Source of the DNA: Opitutaceae bacterium
Lineage (GTDB): Bacteria > Verrucomicrobiota > Verrucomicrobiia > Opitutales > Opitutaceae
Assembly: GCA_041671745.1 (NCBI GenBank)
Contig: JBAZBC010000018.1
Span: 31,905 to 95,904 of the forward strand
Direction of reading: 5' to 3'
Length of the DNA: 64,000 nucleotides
A program made the position numbers and the translations under genes. The notes below the pieces were generated by a model. It ran no database searches. It had not been told where the DNA came from and saw only the letters and a program-made list of their open reading frames with translations. Shown in pieces: positions 17,411-26,463 of this stretch; positions within the stretch are counted from its first letter, which is position 1; every line of letters begins with the position of its first letter.

Positions 17411-18601
17411 ATGAAAATCGTCGACCTCAAGGTCCGCACCGTAGCCATTCCGCTGACATGTCAGCTTCGCCATAACACCGGTGTACACCCCGGTTATTTT
17501 CTCCGGACCATCCTGGAGCTGATCACCGACGAGGGCATCGTCGGCCTCGGTGAAGTCGGCGGCGGCGACCAGCGCGGCACCCTTCTGAAGCTCAAGCCCC
17601 GCATCGTCGGTCTCGACCCCTTCCACTTGGAGACGATCAAGCTCAAGGTGCTGCGCTCGATCTACTACATGTCGAACGCGCGACTCTATGCCGCGATCGA
17701 AATGGCGTGTCTGGACATCATCGGCAAAGCGATGAACCGCTCGCTGAGCGATCTCCTCGGGGGATCGGTGCGCGACGCGATTCCCATGATCGCCTACCTG
17801 TTCTGGCGGTATGATCGTCCGGACGGCAAGGATGACGAAAAGGCGGAGGATCTGGCCGACTGGTGCGTCGAACTTCACGAAACGCTGGGCGTCAATTCCA
17901 TGAAGTTGAAAGCCGGCGTGATGGACCCCGACGAGGAGGCCCGCGTGCTCGAGCTTTGCCGCGAGCGCCTTGGTCCTCGTTTCGGTCTGCGCATCGATCC
18001 CAATGGTGTCTGGTCGGTGCCCACGGCCGTGCGCATCGGCAAGCGTCTTGAGCCGATCGGCATCGAGTATTTCGAAGACCCTTCGTGGGGGCTCAACGGC
18101 AACGCCGAGGTCCGCAAACAAATCCGGATTCCGATCGCGACCAACATGTATCCGGCGCGCTTCGACGATCTGGCGCCCGCGATCCGCATGGGCTCGGTGG
18201 ACATCGTGCTCACCGACATTCACTACTGGGAGGGGCCGCGCGGGGTTAAGGATCTCGCGGCCGTGTGCCGCACGTTCAACCTCGGTGTGGCCATGCACTC
18301 GGGTGCGGAGTTCGGCATCGAGCTCGCCGCGATGCTGCACACCGCAAGCACCATCCCCGAGATGACCTTCGCCGGAGACGCCCACTACCACTATCTCACC
18401 GACGACATCATCGTAGGCGGGCTGATGAAATACAAAGACGGTGCCATCCCCGTGCCGAAGGGACCCGGCCTCGGTGTTCAACTCGACGAGGACAAGATGG
18501 CCAAATACGAGCGCGAGTTTGAGAAGCGTGGCGATTATTACGCGCGTTTCCACCAGGACCCGCGCCGACCGGAGTGGTATCCCATCGTCGGCGGCATCTG
18601 A
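17411..18601 (+). CDS. Enolase-superfamily acid-sugar dehydratase, glucarate dehydratase-like
   Basis: KLKAG (KxK), 'IDPNGVW', 'FEDP', 'IATNM' (D/E/N ligand pattern of the GlucD subgroup), 'MHS'. Confidence 0.82.
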   Translation: MKIVDLKVRTVAIPLTCQLRHNTGVHPGYFLRTILELITDEGIVGLGEVGGGDQRGTLLKLKPRIVGLDPFHLETIKLKVLRSIYYMSNARLYAAIEMACLDIIGKAMNRSLSDLLGGSVRDAIPMIAYLFWRYDRPDGKDDEKAEDLADWCVELHETLGVNSMKLKAGVMDPDEEARVLELCRERLGPRFGLRIDPNGVWSVPTAVRIGKRLEPIGIEYFEDPSWGLNGNAEVRKQIRIPIATNMYPARFDDLAPAIRMGSVDIVLTDIHYWEGPRGVKDLAAVCRTFNLGVAMHSGAEFGIELAAMLHTASTIPEMTFAGDAHYHYLTDDIIVGGLMKYKDGAIPVPKGPGLGVQLDEDKMAKYEREFEKRGDYYARFHQDPRRPEWYPIVGGI

Positions 18602-18658
18602 TGGCTGTGAATCTCCCCTCCGCGGTTCCTCGCAATAATATCCGCCCCTGTCCGCCTC

Positions 18659-21600
18659 ATGATGTCACGCAGCCCCGCCGCTTCGCTCCCCGGTTGGATT
18701 GACTGGCGATCGCGCGGGTGGCTCGCGGTTGCCCTCGCGATGATGGTCACATCATTGCGGGCGGAGTCGGTGCTGACCTTCGACACCGCCGGATATGTGG
18801 ACGGAGGCGGAGTGCTCGATGTTGCCGATGCGGTTGGCTCGGAAGTGTCGGGCGGCGTATGGACCGCAGTCTATGGCTCGCCGGGGACGGATTTGACAAC
18901 GCCGGCCGGCACCGGCGTGACCGGCCGGTCGCTGCGCGTGACCGATGCCAGTTCCGCGTCTGCGCGCGCCCTCTATCTCGATACTGCGGGCACTCTGCAG
19001 ACCGGGCAGCTTTTCCGCGTCGCCTTCACGTTCAAAGTCACGGGCGCGAGCGCGACCAGCGGCACCAGTCAGCTTACGATTCAGTTCGGCCGGGACTCCG
19101 CGTCGGGAACCACCAAGAACTGGCTCCAGTTTGAATGCAACGGCCCGAACGCGCGGGTTTATGTCGACGCAGGTTCCAATGGCAACCGCACCGCGGTGAA
19201 CATCGGCACTCTGACGGCCGGCAGCTGGATCACGATCGACATCACGATAAATCCGGCGACCAAGCGCTACGAGAAGGTGCTGTTCAACGGCGTGGACGCG
19301 AGCGCCGCGGTCAAGGCGGTGAACAACGGGCTCATTCCGTGGAAAGCCAGTTCGGGTGACACCGTTTTGCCAAACGAGCGACTGTGGATCACGGTCGGCA
19401 CCGACGACATTCTTACCCTCGATCTGGACAATGTCGTTCTGGATAATCCCGACCCCGGTGCGATGACCTTTGACACGGTGGAATACGTCAACGGTGCCAC
19501 CGTGATCGGTGTGGACGATTCCACTGTGCCCGGGGACGTGTGGACGCGGACGTCGGGTGTCGACGCAGACTATACCACGCCGTCAGGTGCGGGAGTCGCC
19601 GGAGATCGTGCGTTGCGCATAGTGGACGCCACCGCCTCGGCGGCGAAGATCGCGGCCATCGACGTGGCCGGTGCGTTCGACACCACGCGCAATATCGCGG
19701 TCTCTTTCGATCTTCGCCTTTCCGGTGCCAACGCGGTCAACGGGGTCCTGCAGGCCGCGCTGCGTCTGGGCGACCATGCGGGGACGGGGGGCATTTCCAA
19801 ATCATGGCTTCAGCTGGATTGCGCGGGGTCGAACCTGCGCCTGTATGTTGACACGACGGGGGAGGGGAATCGAACGCCTGTCGTGGTGGGAACGCTCGCG
19901 AGCGGCGTCTATCAACACGTGAGTGTTGTCATCAATCCCGTCACCAAGCGCGTGGAAAGTGTCGTGGTGGGCGGCGTCGACGTCACGCACCGTCTGCTCG
20001 CGATCAACGGCGGGCTGTTGCCTTGGAAATCATCCGCTGCCGATGCGATCACGCCGGGTCAGGTGCTGTGGCTGGCCACGGGAGTGACGGATCAAGTGAC
20101 GCTCGACTTGGACAACGTCCGCCTTAAGTCGACCTACGAACAGTGGACTTCGGCGGCTTCTGCGGAGTGGTTGCCCTACCTGAAGTCCGGCACCGATATG
20201 AAGGTCCAGGCGGGCACCGCGCTCGATCTCAGCAGCCTCTACGACCGCACCGAGGCGGGAATGAACGCCCGCGGCTTCGCGCATGTGGACCAGGATGGAC
20301 GGCTCGCGTTTGCCGACGGCTCGGCCTTCCGCCTGTTTTGCGCCGCCGAGTTTCTACCCGAGAGCCCGATGTCGGCGGGGACGCTCACCGACCAATCCAT
20401 CCAGGACTACGTGGACCAGATCGCGCGCGCCGGCTACAACGCCTATCGCCCGCATTTTCTCGACGTTTACCTGATGTCGGGATCCACGACTGATCGAGCA
20501 TGGAATACGACCCGCTTCACGCGCTGGCAAAAACTGGCGGCGAAGCTCCGTGCGAAGGGTATTTATCTCATGATGGACGCGACCACCTCGTGGAACTCGT
20601 TTTACGCCGAGTCGCCCAACGCCTTCTTCACCGAGGCGGCCAAGCTGAAGCGCCTCAAGGTAAAGCTCCTCTACGACCAGGACACGCGTGATCACTGGCG
20701 GCTCGCCGTCACCAATCTTTACACGACGCAGAATACAAACGTGCTTTTGCCTTACGGCGGCGTGGCGGCCAACACCGCCCTTCGGTATGATCCGCAGGTC
20801 GTCTACACCAACATGCGCAACGAGCCGTCGCTGAATTTCCAGCTCGCCACCGACGGCCTGCAGAATCCCGCGCTCTACGACGAGCCCGGCTTGGTTGCCG
20901 CCTGGCGCGTATGGTTGCAGGACCAGCAGGCGTATTACGCCACGCCGCAGGCTCTCAGCACCGCCTGGGGCGTGTCGCCCGCCTACACGAGTTTCGACGC
21001 GGTTCCGTTCCCCTACACGACGAACACGGGAGATCCCCGTTATCGGGACATGCGACGCTTCGAGGTGACCCTTGCGCAGGAGACCTACGCCTGGATGTTT
21101 CAAACGATCCGGCAGATCGGGGTGAAGTCCCTCTTTTCGGATTTCAACAACACCGGGGACCTCCCCAACAGCCTGATCCGCGACACCCTGGCGCTGGTGG
21201 ACAACCACACGTATCATGATCATGGATACGAAATCGCTTCGGAGAACCTCTACTGGACTCACATCAACACCAGCGCGATGGACGACGCCATCGGCATGTT
21301 TCGCGGCATGGCCGACACGCGCCAGACGGGGAAGCCTTTCACCATCACCGAATGGGGCCATGTTTATTGGAACCCCTACCGCTACGAGGGCGGACTCTAT
21401 TTCCCCGCCTACGCTTCCTTTCAAGACTGGTCGATGATCGCGCAACACGCCCAGCCCGTCATCATGTCCCCCGCGTATGCCGACCATTTTTTGGTCGGTC
21501 CCGATCCCATCGCCAAGGCGTCCGAATACATGGCGGCGTTCCTGTTCGCCCGCGGCGACGTTGCGACCGCGCAGGTGCGCAGCGAGATGGTCGTGGACGC

Positions 21601-23680
21601 GATCAACACACGCACCGAGGGCGATTCCGGCGGCGGGCTGGATTGGTGGGCTAAAGTATTGCCGTTCGTAACCGGTTTTTCTCTCCGGGTGGACTGGCCT
21701 GAGTCCATCTACGATGATTTCTCCGGTGCAAACCTCGCCGACGTGACCACTTGGAATGTCTCACTGGGCTCAAAGTCCGCGTTCTGGTCCACGGTGCTCA
21801 CGTCCGCTGCCAGCACGGCCACGCTGCAATCCGGACGCCTCGTGCTCACCGCCACCGGTTCCTCATATCCGTCCGCCGCGTTGCGCTCCCCCGCCGGGAC
21901 ACCACTGGATTTTTTCACTCAACCCCTGCAGTTCCGCGTTGCCGGACTGCAACTCTCCACCGATTCCGTGCCGGCCAATCAGCAGGTTCTCCGCTTTGGC
22001 CTGACCAACGGCACGGGGCTGGCCTACTCGGCCACGTCGGCCCTGATCGTGGAGATATTCGGCCATAATCTCGTGAAGGTCGGCTACAAAGTCGGCGCCT
22101 CGGCGGGGGCCGCCTACACTTACGTGGCGACGGTGAACGATCTGGGCACCGCGCCCGGCACGATCACCGGTTTCAGCTTTATTCCGCTGGCGGTGGATCT
22201 CAATGCAGCCTCCACCACCGGGGCGGCGTTTGACCCGACCTTCGATTTGGTGATCCACCTCTCGGGCACGGGCACCCAGCCGGCCTATCGCCACGTGACC
22301 GGACGCTGGAACTCCGTCGCCGGCTCGACCGCGCTCACCGCCGCCGCGTGGGGTGCCACCAATGCCAACACCGTTGTGATGGAAGCGCAAAAGGTGGATG
22401 GCGTCGTGAATACCAAGCAGGTGACGGTCTCGCTCGAGGATTTTACCCTCGGCAGCCGCCCGATCGGTCCCCGGGCCGAGCAGGCCACCGTGCACAAGCA
22501 GATCCCGTTTCCGGGCACCAAACCCACGTTCGCCACCGTGCTCGGCGAGTTGCGGACCGCAGGGCTGTTGTCGGCGTCAAACCAGACCGTCGCGCCCGTG
22601 TCCGAGTCCGGCTCCAATCTCTACACCGGGCGTTACCAGACCGACACGGGGCAGCTCTTCCTCGAGCCGGGCAAGCGACTCTTTCGCGTGATCACTCCGC
22701 GCAGCGAGGGTGTCACGATGCCCGTCATCCTGAGCAATGGCTCTTCTGCGCCGACCAGCGCGACGCTTGACAGCCTGCAGGTGACCAATCTTCCGGCCCC
22801 CGGCGTGCCCACGCCGCTCGGTGTAATGCTCACGTCGCTCGATCCAGCAGGGGCGACCACGCTTGCCGATGCCACGCGGATGTTGCTGGTGGTTTCGTCC
22901 GACGCGCTGAATTCGGCGCAGCGTTTCTCGGATTATCGCCGCCTCGGGCAGATCGACAGTGTCAATGGCGTCAAATACGCGGGCAGGGGAGGCCTGCCGA
23001 TTTTGCTGCGTCGCACCGCCGTCAATGTGCGCATCCGCACACTCAACGCCTCAGTCATGCAGGTGTATCCGCTCAACCACAACGGCGTGCGTCGCCCTGC
23101 GATTCCCACGACTTGGGAATTTGTTGACGGCCAGCCTTGGCTGGTCGCGAGCATCGACACCGGTGCGCTGGGCAACAGTCCGTTGAATGCGAACGGCCTC
23201 ACCGATCCGGCGGTGTTCTTCGAGATCGCGACAGCGACACCGGTGACGGGAGCGCTGCAAGCCTGGCGGGTGAAGTATTGGGGCACGCCGGTCGCGTCTG
23301 GGCTTTCGGCCGATTCGGCCGATGCCGACGGGGACGGCGTGGCCAACCTTCTCGAATATACCCTGGGCACCTCGCCGGTTTCGGCGGCCTCCGTCGCGCG
23401 CCCCGTTGTTGAGCGGGGGGGCATTGCAGGTTCCGAATATCTGACGCTGGCCTTCGCGCGGGATCGCGCCGTGACCGACGTCACGCTCACGGTCGAGGCG
23501 AGCTCCGATCTCTCCGCCGGAAGCTGGACGGTCATCGATCCCCTGTTGTCGGTCAACCAGGTGTCCGTCCAGGTCGGCGCGCCGGCTGCGGGCTTTGACA
23601 CCTACACGATCCGCGATGTCCAGCCGCTCTCCGCTTTTCCTCGCCGCTTCATGCGGCTCCGGGCCACCGCTTCACCGTGA
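18659..23680 (+). CDS. 1673-aa secreted modular clan GH-A glycoside hydrolase (2 tandem beta-rich N-domains, GH5/GH148-like barrel, inserted domain, verrucomicrobial C-terminal tail)
   Basis: Signal peptide; tandem repeats 18764-19447 and 19463-20131; 'AGYNAYRPHFLD', 'RNEP', 'DNHTYHDH', 'ITEWG'; tail 'DADGDGVANLLEYTLG...RRFMRLRA'. Confidence 0.75.
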   Translation: MMSRSPAASLPGWIDWRSRGWLAVALAMMVTSLRAESVLTFDTAGYVDGGGVLDVADAVGSEVSGGVWTAVYGSPGTDLTTPAGTGVTGRSLRVTDASSASARALYLDTAGTLQTGQLFRVAFTFKVTGASATSGTSQLTIQFGRDSASGTTKNWLQFECNGPNARVYVDAGSNGNRTAVNIGTLTAGSWITIDITINPATKRYEKVLFNGVDASAAVKAVNNGLIPWKASSGDTVLPNERLWITVGTDDILTLDLDNVVLDNPDPGAMTFDTVEYVNGATVIGVDDSTVPGDVWTRTSGVDADYTTPSGAGVAGDRALRIVDATASAAKIAAIDVAGAFDTTRNIAVSFDLRLSGANAVNGVLQAALRLGDHAGTGGISKSWLQLDCAGSNLRLYVDTTGEGNRTPVVVGTLASGVYQHVSVVINPVTKRVESVVVGGVDVTHRLLAINGGLLPWKSSAADAITPGQVLWLATGVTDQVTLDLDNVRLKSTYEQWTSAASAEWLPYLKSGTDMKVQAGTALDLSSLYDRTEAGMNARGFAHVDQDGRLAFADGSAFRLFCAAEFLPESPMSAGTLTDQSIQDYVDQIARAGYNAYRPHFLDVYLMSGSTTDRAWNTTRFTRWQKLAAKLRAKGIYLMMDATTSWNSFYAESPNAFFTEAAKLKRLKVKLLYDQDTRDHWRLAVTNLYTTQNTNVLLPYGGVAANTALRYDPQVVYTNMRNEPSLNFQLATDGLQNPALYDEPGLVAAWRVWLQDQQAYYATPQALSTAWGVSPAYTSFDAVPFPYTTNTGDPRYRDMRRFEVTLAQETYAWMFQTIRQIGVKSLFSDFNNTGDLPNSLIRDTLALVDNHTYHDHGYEIASENLYWTHINTSAMDDAIGMFRGMADTRQTGKPFTITEWGHVYWNPYRYEGGLYFPAYASFQDWSMIAQHAQPVIMSPAYADHFLVGPDPIAKASEYMAAFLFARGDVATAQVRSEMVVDAINTRTEGDSGGGLDWWAKVLPFVTGFSLRVDWPESIYDDFSGANLADVTTWNVSLGSKSAFWSTVLTSAASTATLQSGRLVLTATGSSYPSAALRSPAGTPLDFFTQPLQFRVAGLQLSTDSVPANQQVLRFGLTNGTGLAYSATSALIVEIFGHNLVKVGYKVGASAGAAYTYVATVNDLGTAPGTITGFSFIPLAVDLNAASTTGAAFDPTFDLVIHLSGTGTQPAYRHVTGRWNSVAGSTALTAAAWGATNANTVVMEAQKVDGVVNTKQVTVSLEDFTLGSRPIGPRAEQATVHKQIPFPGTKPTFATVLGELRTAGLLSASNQTVAPVSESGSNLYTGRYQTDTGQLFLEPGKRLFRVITPRSEGVTMPVILSNGSSAPTSATLDSLQVTNLPAPGVPTPLGVMLTSLDPAGATTLADATRMLLVVSSDALNSAQRFSDYRRLGQIDSVNGVKYAGRGGLPILLRRTAVNVRIRTLNASVMQVYPLNHNGVRRPAIPTTWEFVDGQPWLVASIDTGALGNSPLNANGLTDPAVFFEIATATPVTGALQAWRVKYWGTPVASGLSADSADADGDGVANLLEYTLGTSPVSAASVARPVVERGGIAGSEYLTLAFARDRAVTDVTLTVEASSDLSAGSWTVIDPLLSVNQVSVQVGAPAAGFDTYTIRDVQPLSAFPRRFMRLRATASP

Positions 23681-23703
23681 TGCGATATTTTATTTCAAAC
23701 CCC

Positions 23704-26442
23704 ATGTCTTATCCCTCCCCGCTTCGTCGTCTGTTTTTCGTCCTGTCTGCGTCCTTCGCGGTTACTCTGTCGGCGGCTACGTTGCCTCTGGATTTTTCCC
23801 GCGCCGCCAACATGGGCTTGCGTGACGAAGTCCCGGGTGATCGCCGGGGCGGCTGGACGGATCAAGGTCGCGCCAACGATCTGGCCGACTTGAAGCCCGG
23901 CGTGTTTGAGCGCGATGGACTTACTTTCACCATTCTTGATCCCGCGCGGAACAACAACCGGGCCTGCATCGTTCTTGCCGGTCCCAATCGCGGCTATTTG
24001 CCACGCTCGGCGGCGGTGACGGTTTCGTCGGCGGCAGGCTTCGGCTATCTTTATCTGCTTCACGGCACGGCTTGGACACCTGGCGGCGCGCCCGTCGCCG
24101 GTGTGATCGTGGTGCGCTATGCGGACGGCGCCGAGCAGCGCATTGAAGCGAAAGTGGGGCGCGATGTGGCCGATTGGTGGGGGCCATCGCGTCTGCCCAA
24201 TGGTTCGCCCGTCTGGACCCGTGAAGGAGTTGATGGCACGCTCGGTCTCTACGCGTCCAAGTTCGCCATCCAGAACAAGCCGGTGCGCGAGGTCCGCTTC
24301 GAGAGTTCCGGCGCGGTCGTGTGGGGCGTCGTCGCCGCCACGCTGTCGGACCAGGACATCGCCTTTTCGAAGGAGAACCGCGTGACCTATCAGGCGGGCC
24401 GCGAATGGGCGTCGCTACCGGCCGTTTCGCTCGATGTGCGCAAAGACGGCGTGTTTGATTTCTCCCGTTTGATTGACGCCCCCGCAGGCAAATACGGCGC
24501 TATCCGGGCGACGCCCGCCGGTCATCTGGAGTTTGAGGGACGTGCCGGAGAACGCGTTCGTTTCTGGGGCGTGAATCTCACCTTTGGCGCGTTGTTTCCC
24601 GACAAGGAGGCGGCCGACCTTCTCGCCGAGCGTCTGGCCCGCTCCGGTTATAACACGGTCCGCTTGCACCACTATGATCGCGACCTGCTGCGGCGCGGCG
24701 GGAAAAACTCCTACGACTTCGATCCGGAAAAGTTGGACCGGCTCAACTACCTCTTTGCCGCGTTCAAAAAACGCGGGCTCTACATCAGCATGGATCTTTA
24801 CACCGTGCGCAGCTTCGGCGCGGACGAAATTCCGGAGTGGGGCAAGCCCGTGCAGTATGCCTTCAAGGGACTCGTGCCGATTTACGACAGCGCTTTCATG
24901 GCTTGGAAGAATTTCGCCGAACGCCTGCTCACGCGCAAAAATCCCTACACCGGGCTGACTTGGGCCGAGGATCCCGCGCTCGTCGGCATCTGTCCGATCA
25001 ACGAGGACACGCTCACCAAGATCGTAAAGTCCTACGGCCTGGAAGAACTCTACGCCACCGAGTTTGAAAAATGGATCGCGCGTCCCGAAAACGCCGCGGA
25101 AACCAATCTGGAGCGTCCGGTGGCCTACAATCGTTTTCTCATCGACACGCAGCGTCGCTCCGATGGCCGCATGCACGCCTATCTGCGTTCCATCGGAACG
25201 AAAGCCCTGCTCACCGGAGCGAACTGGATGACGTTCGAGGAGACCAATTATCTTCGCGACCACTACGACTACGCCGATCTGCACAATTATTGGGATCACC
25301 CGCAGTGGGCGCCCGGCTGGGGCCTGCCCGCCAAATACAACCAGGCCTCCGCAGTCGCGCGTTTCGCCTCCCATCCGCGGTCGCTCATGCCGACGCGTAT
25401 TTTTGGAAAACCCTTCGTCGTGACCGAGACCAACTATTGCTGGCCCAACTCCCGCCGCGCCGAGGGCACGGGGCTGCTGGCCGCCTACGCGGGCCTGCAG
25501 GATTGGGACGGCATCTACACCTTCAACTATAGCGATGTGACCGGCGACACGAGCTACCGCGCCACCGCTTTCGAACTCGCGAGCGATCCGCTGCGTCTCG
25601 TCGCCGACCGGGTGGGCGCGTTGATTTTCCGTCAAGGTCAGGTCACCCCGGCGAAGGCTGCGGTGGCGATCGCGGTTCACGAGGAAACGGCGTTCACCGG
25701 CAACAAGGATTTCCGGTGGCCCTTTAACATGCTTGGTCTCGTCACTCGCGTGGGAAGTTTCAACGGCGACACCGGCCTGCCGGACAGTTTGTCGGCGGTC
25801 GCGGGTCTGAAAGCCGTCGTATCCGAAATGCCCGAAAAATTGTCCGAAAAAACCACGTTGCCCGTGCTGCCTGCGAACACCGCCATGGTGGATCAGCTCA
25901 AAGACTCGGGCGTGATCGCGACCGACTCGATCAATGCGAAACTCACGCGCTTTGTGAGCGAGACGGGGCAGGCGCGCCTGCGCTCCGACGAAGGTGTTTT
26001 CACCCTCGTAACTGATCGCACCGAGGTGCTCGTCGCCCCTGCGGGCATCGCGGTCGCCGGACGCCTCGCCGCGCTCACCGACTCTTCCACCTACGCGTCC
26101 GTTTACGTGGCTGCCGTGGACGGCAAGCCTCTCGAGGCCAGCAAGCGAATCCTCGTTCTTTTTCTCACCGATTGCCTCAACACCGGCACGCGCCTGAGCG
26201 GGGAAAACCTGGAGGTGCTCGAAGATTTCGGACGTCTGCCGTATCTCGTGCGGCGCGGCACGGCACAGCTTTCGCTGGGTCTGCCCAACGCGTCCGGCTG
26301 GCGCGCCTGGCCGGTTGATACCACCGGCATGCGTCTGCCCGAGCTTAAGCTCAACACCGTGGCCGGCCGCCTCGTTCTCCCTATCGACAACACCGCCGCG
26401 CCCGCCGGGCCGGTTTTCGCCTACGAACTTGCCCGCGACTGA
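23704..26442 (+). CDS. Secreted clan GH-A glycoside hydrolase (GH5/GH148-like) with N-terminal 'GGWTDQG..NDL' beta domain
   Basis: Signal peptide from ATG 23704; 'RFWGVNL', 'GYNTVRLHHYD', 'INED', 'DLHNYWDHP', 'VTETN', 'LQDWDG'. Confidence 0.78.
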   Translation: MSYPSPLRRLFFVLSASFAVTLSAATLPLDFSRAANMGLRDEVPGDRRGGWTDQGRANDLADLKPGVFERDGLTFTILDPARNNNRACIVLAGPNRGYLPRSAAVTVSSAAGFGYLYLLHGTAWTPGGAPVAGVIVVRYADGAEQRIEAKVGRDVADWWGPSRLPNGSPVWTREGVDGTLGLYASKFAIQNKPVREVRFESSGAVVWGVVAATLSDQDIAFSKENRVTYQAGREWASLPAVSLDVRKDGVFDFSRLIDAPAGKYGAIRATPAGHLEFEGRAGERVRFWGVNLTFGALFPDKEAADLLAERLARSGYNTVRLHHYDRDLLRRGGKNSYDFDPEKLDRLNYLFAAFKKRGLYISMDLYTVRSFGADEIPEWGKPVQYAFKGLVPIYDSAFMAWKNFAERLLTRKNPYTGLTWAEDPALVGICPINEDTLTKIVKSYGLEELYATEFEKWIARPENAAETNLERPVAYNRFLIDTQRRSDGRMHAYLRSIGTKALLTGANWMTFEETNYLRDHYDYADLHNYWDHPQWAPGWGLPAKYNQASAVARFASHPRSLMPTRIFGKPFVVTETNYCWPNSRRAEGTGLLAAYAGLQDWDGIYTFNYSDVTGDTSYRATAFELASDPLRLVADRVGALIFRQGQVTPAKAAVAIAVHEETAFTGNKDFRWPFNMLGLVTRVGSFNGDTGLPDSLSAVAGLKAVVSEMPEKLSEKTTLPVLPANTAMVDQLKDSGVIATDSINAKLTRFVSETGQARLRSDEGVFTLVTDRTEVLVAPAGIAVAGRLAALTDSSTYASVYVAAVDGKPLEASKRILVLFLTDCLNTGTRLSGENLEVLEDFGRLPYLVRRGTAQLSLGLPNASGWRAWPVDTTGMRLPELKLNTVAGRLVLPIDNTAAPAGPVFAYELARD

Positions 26443-26463
26443 TCCTCCTTTTTTTCCAACGTC

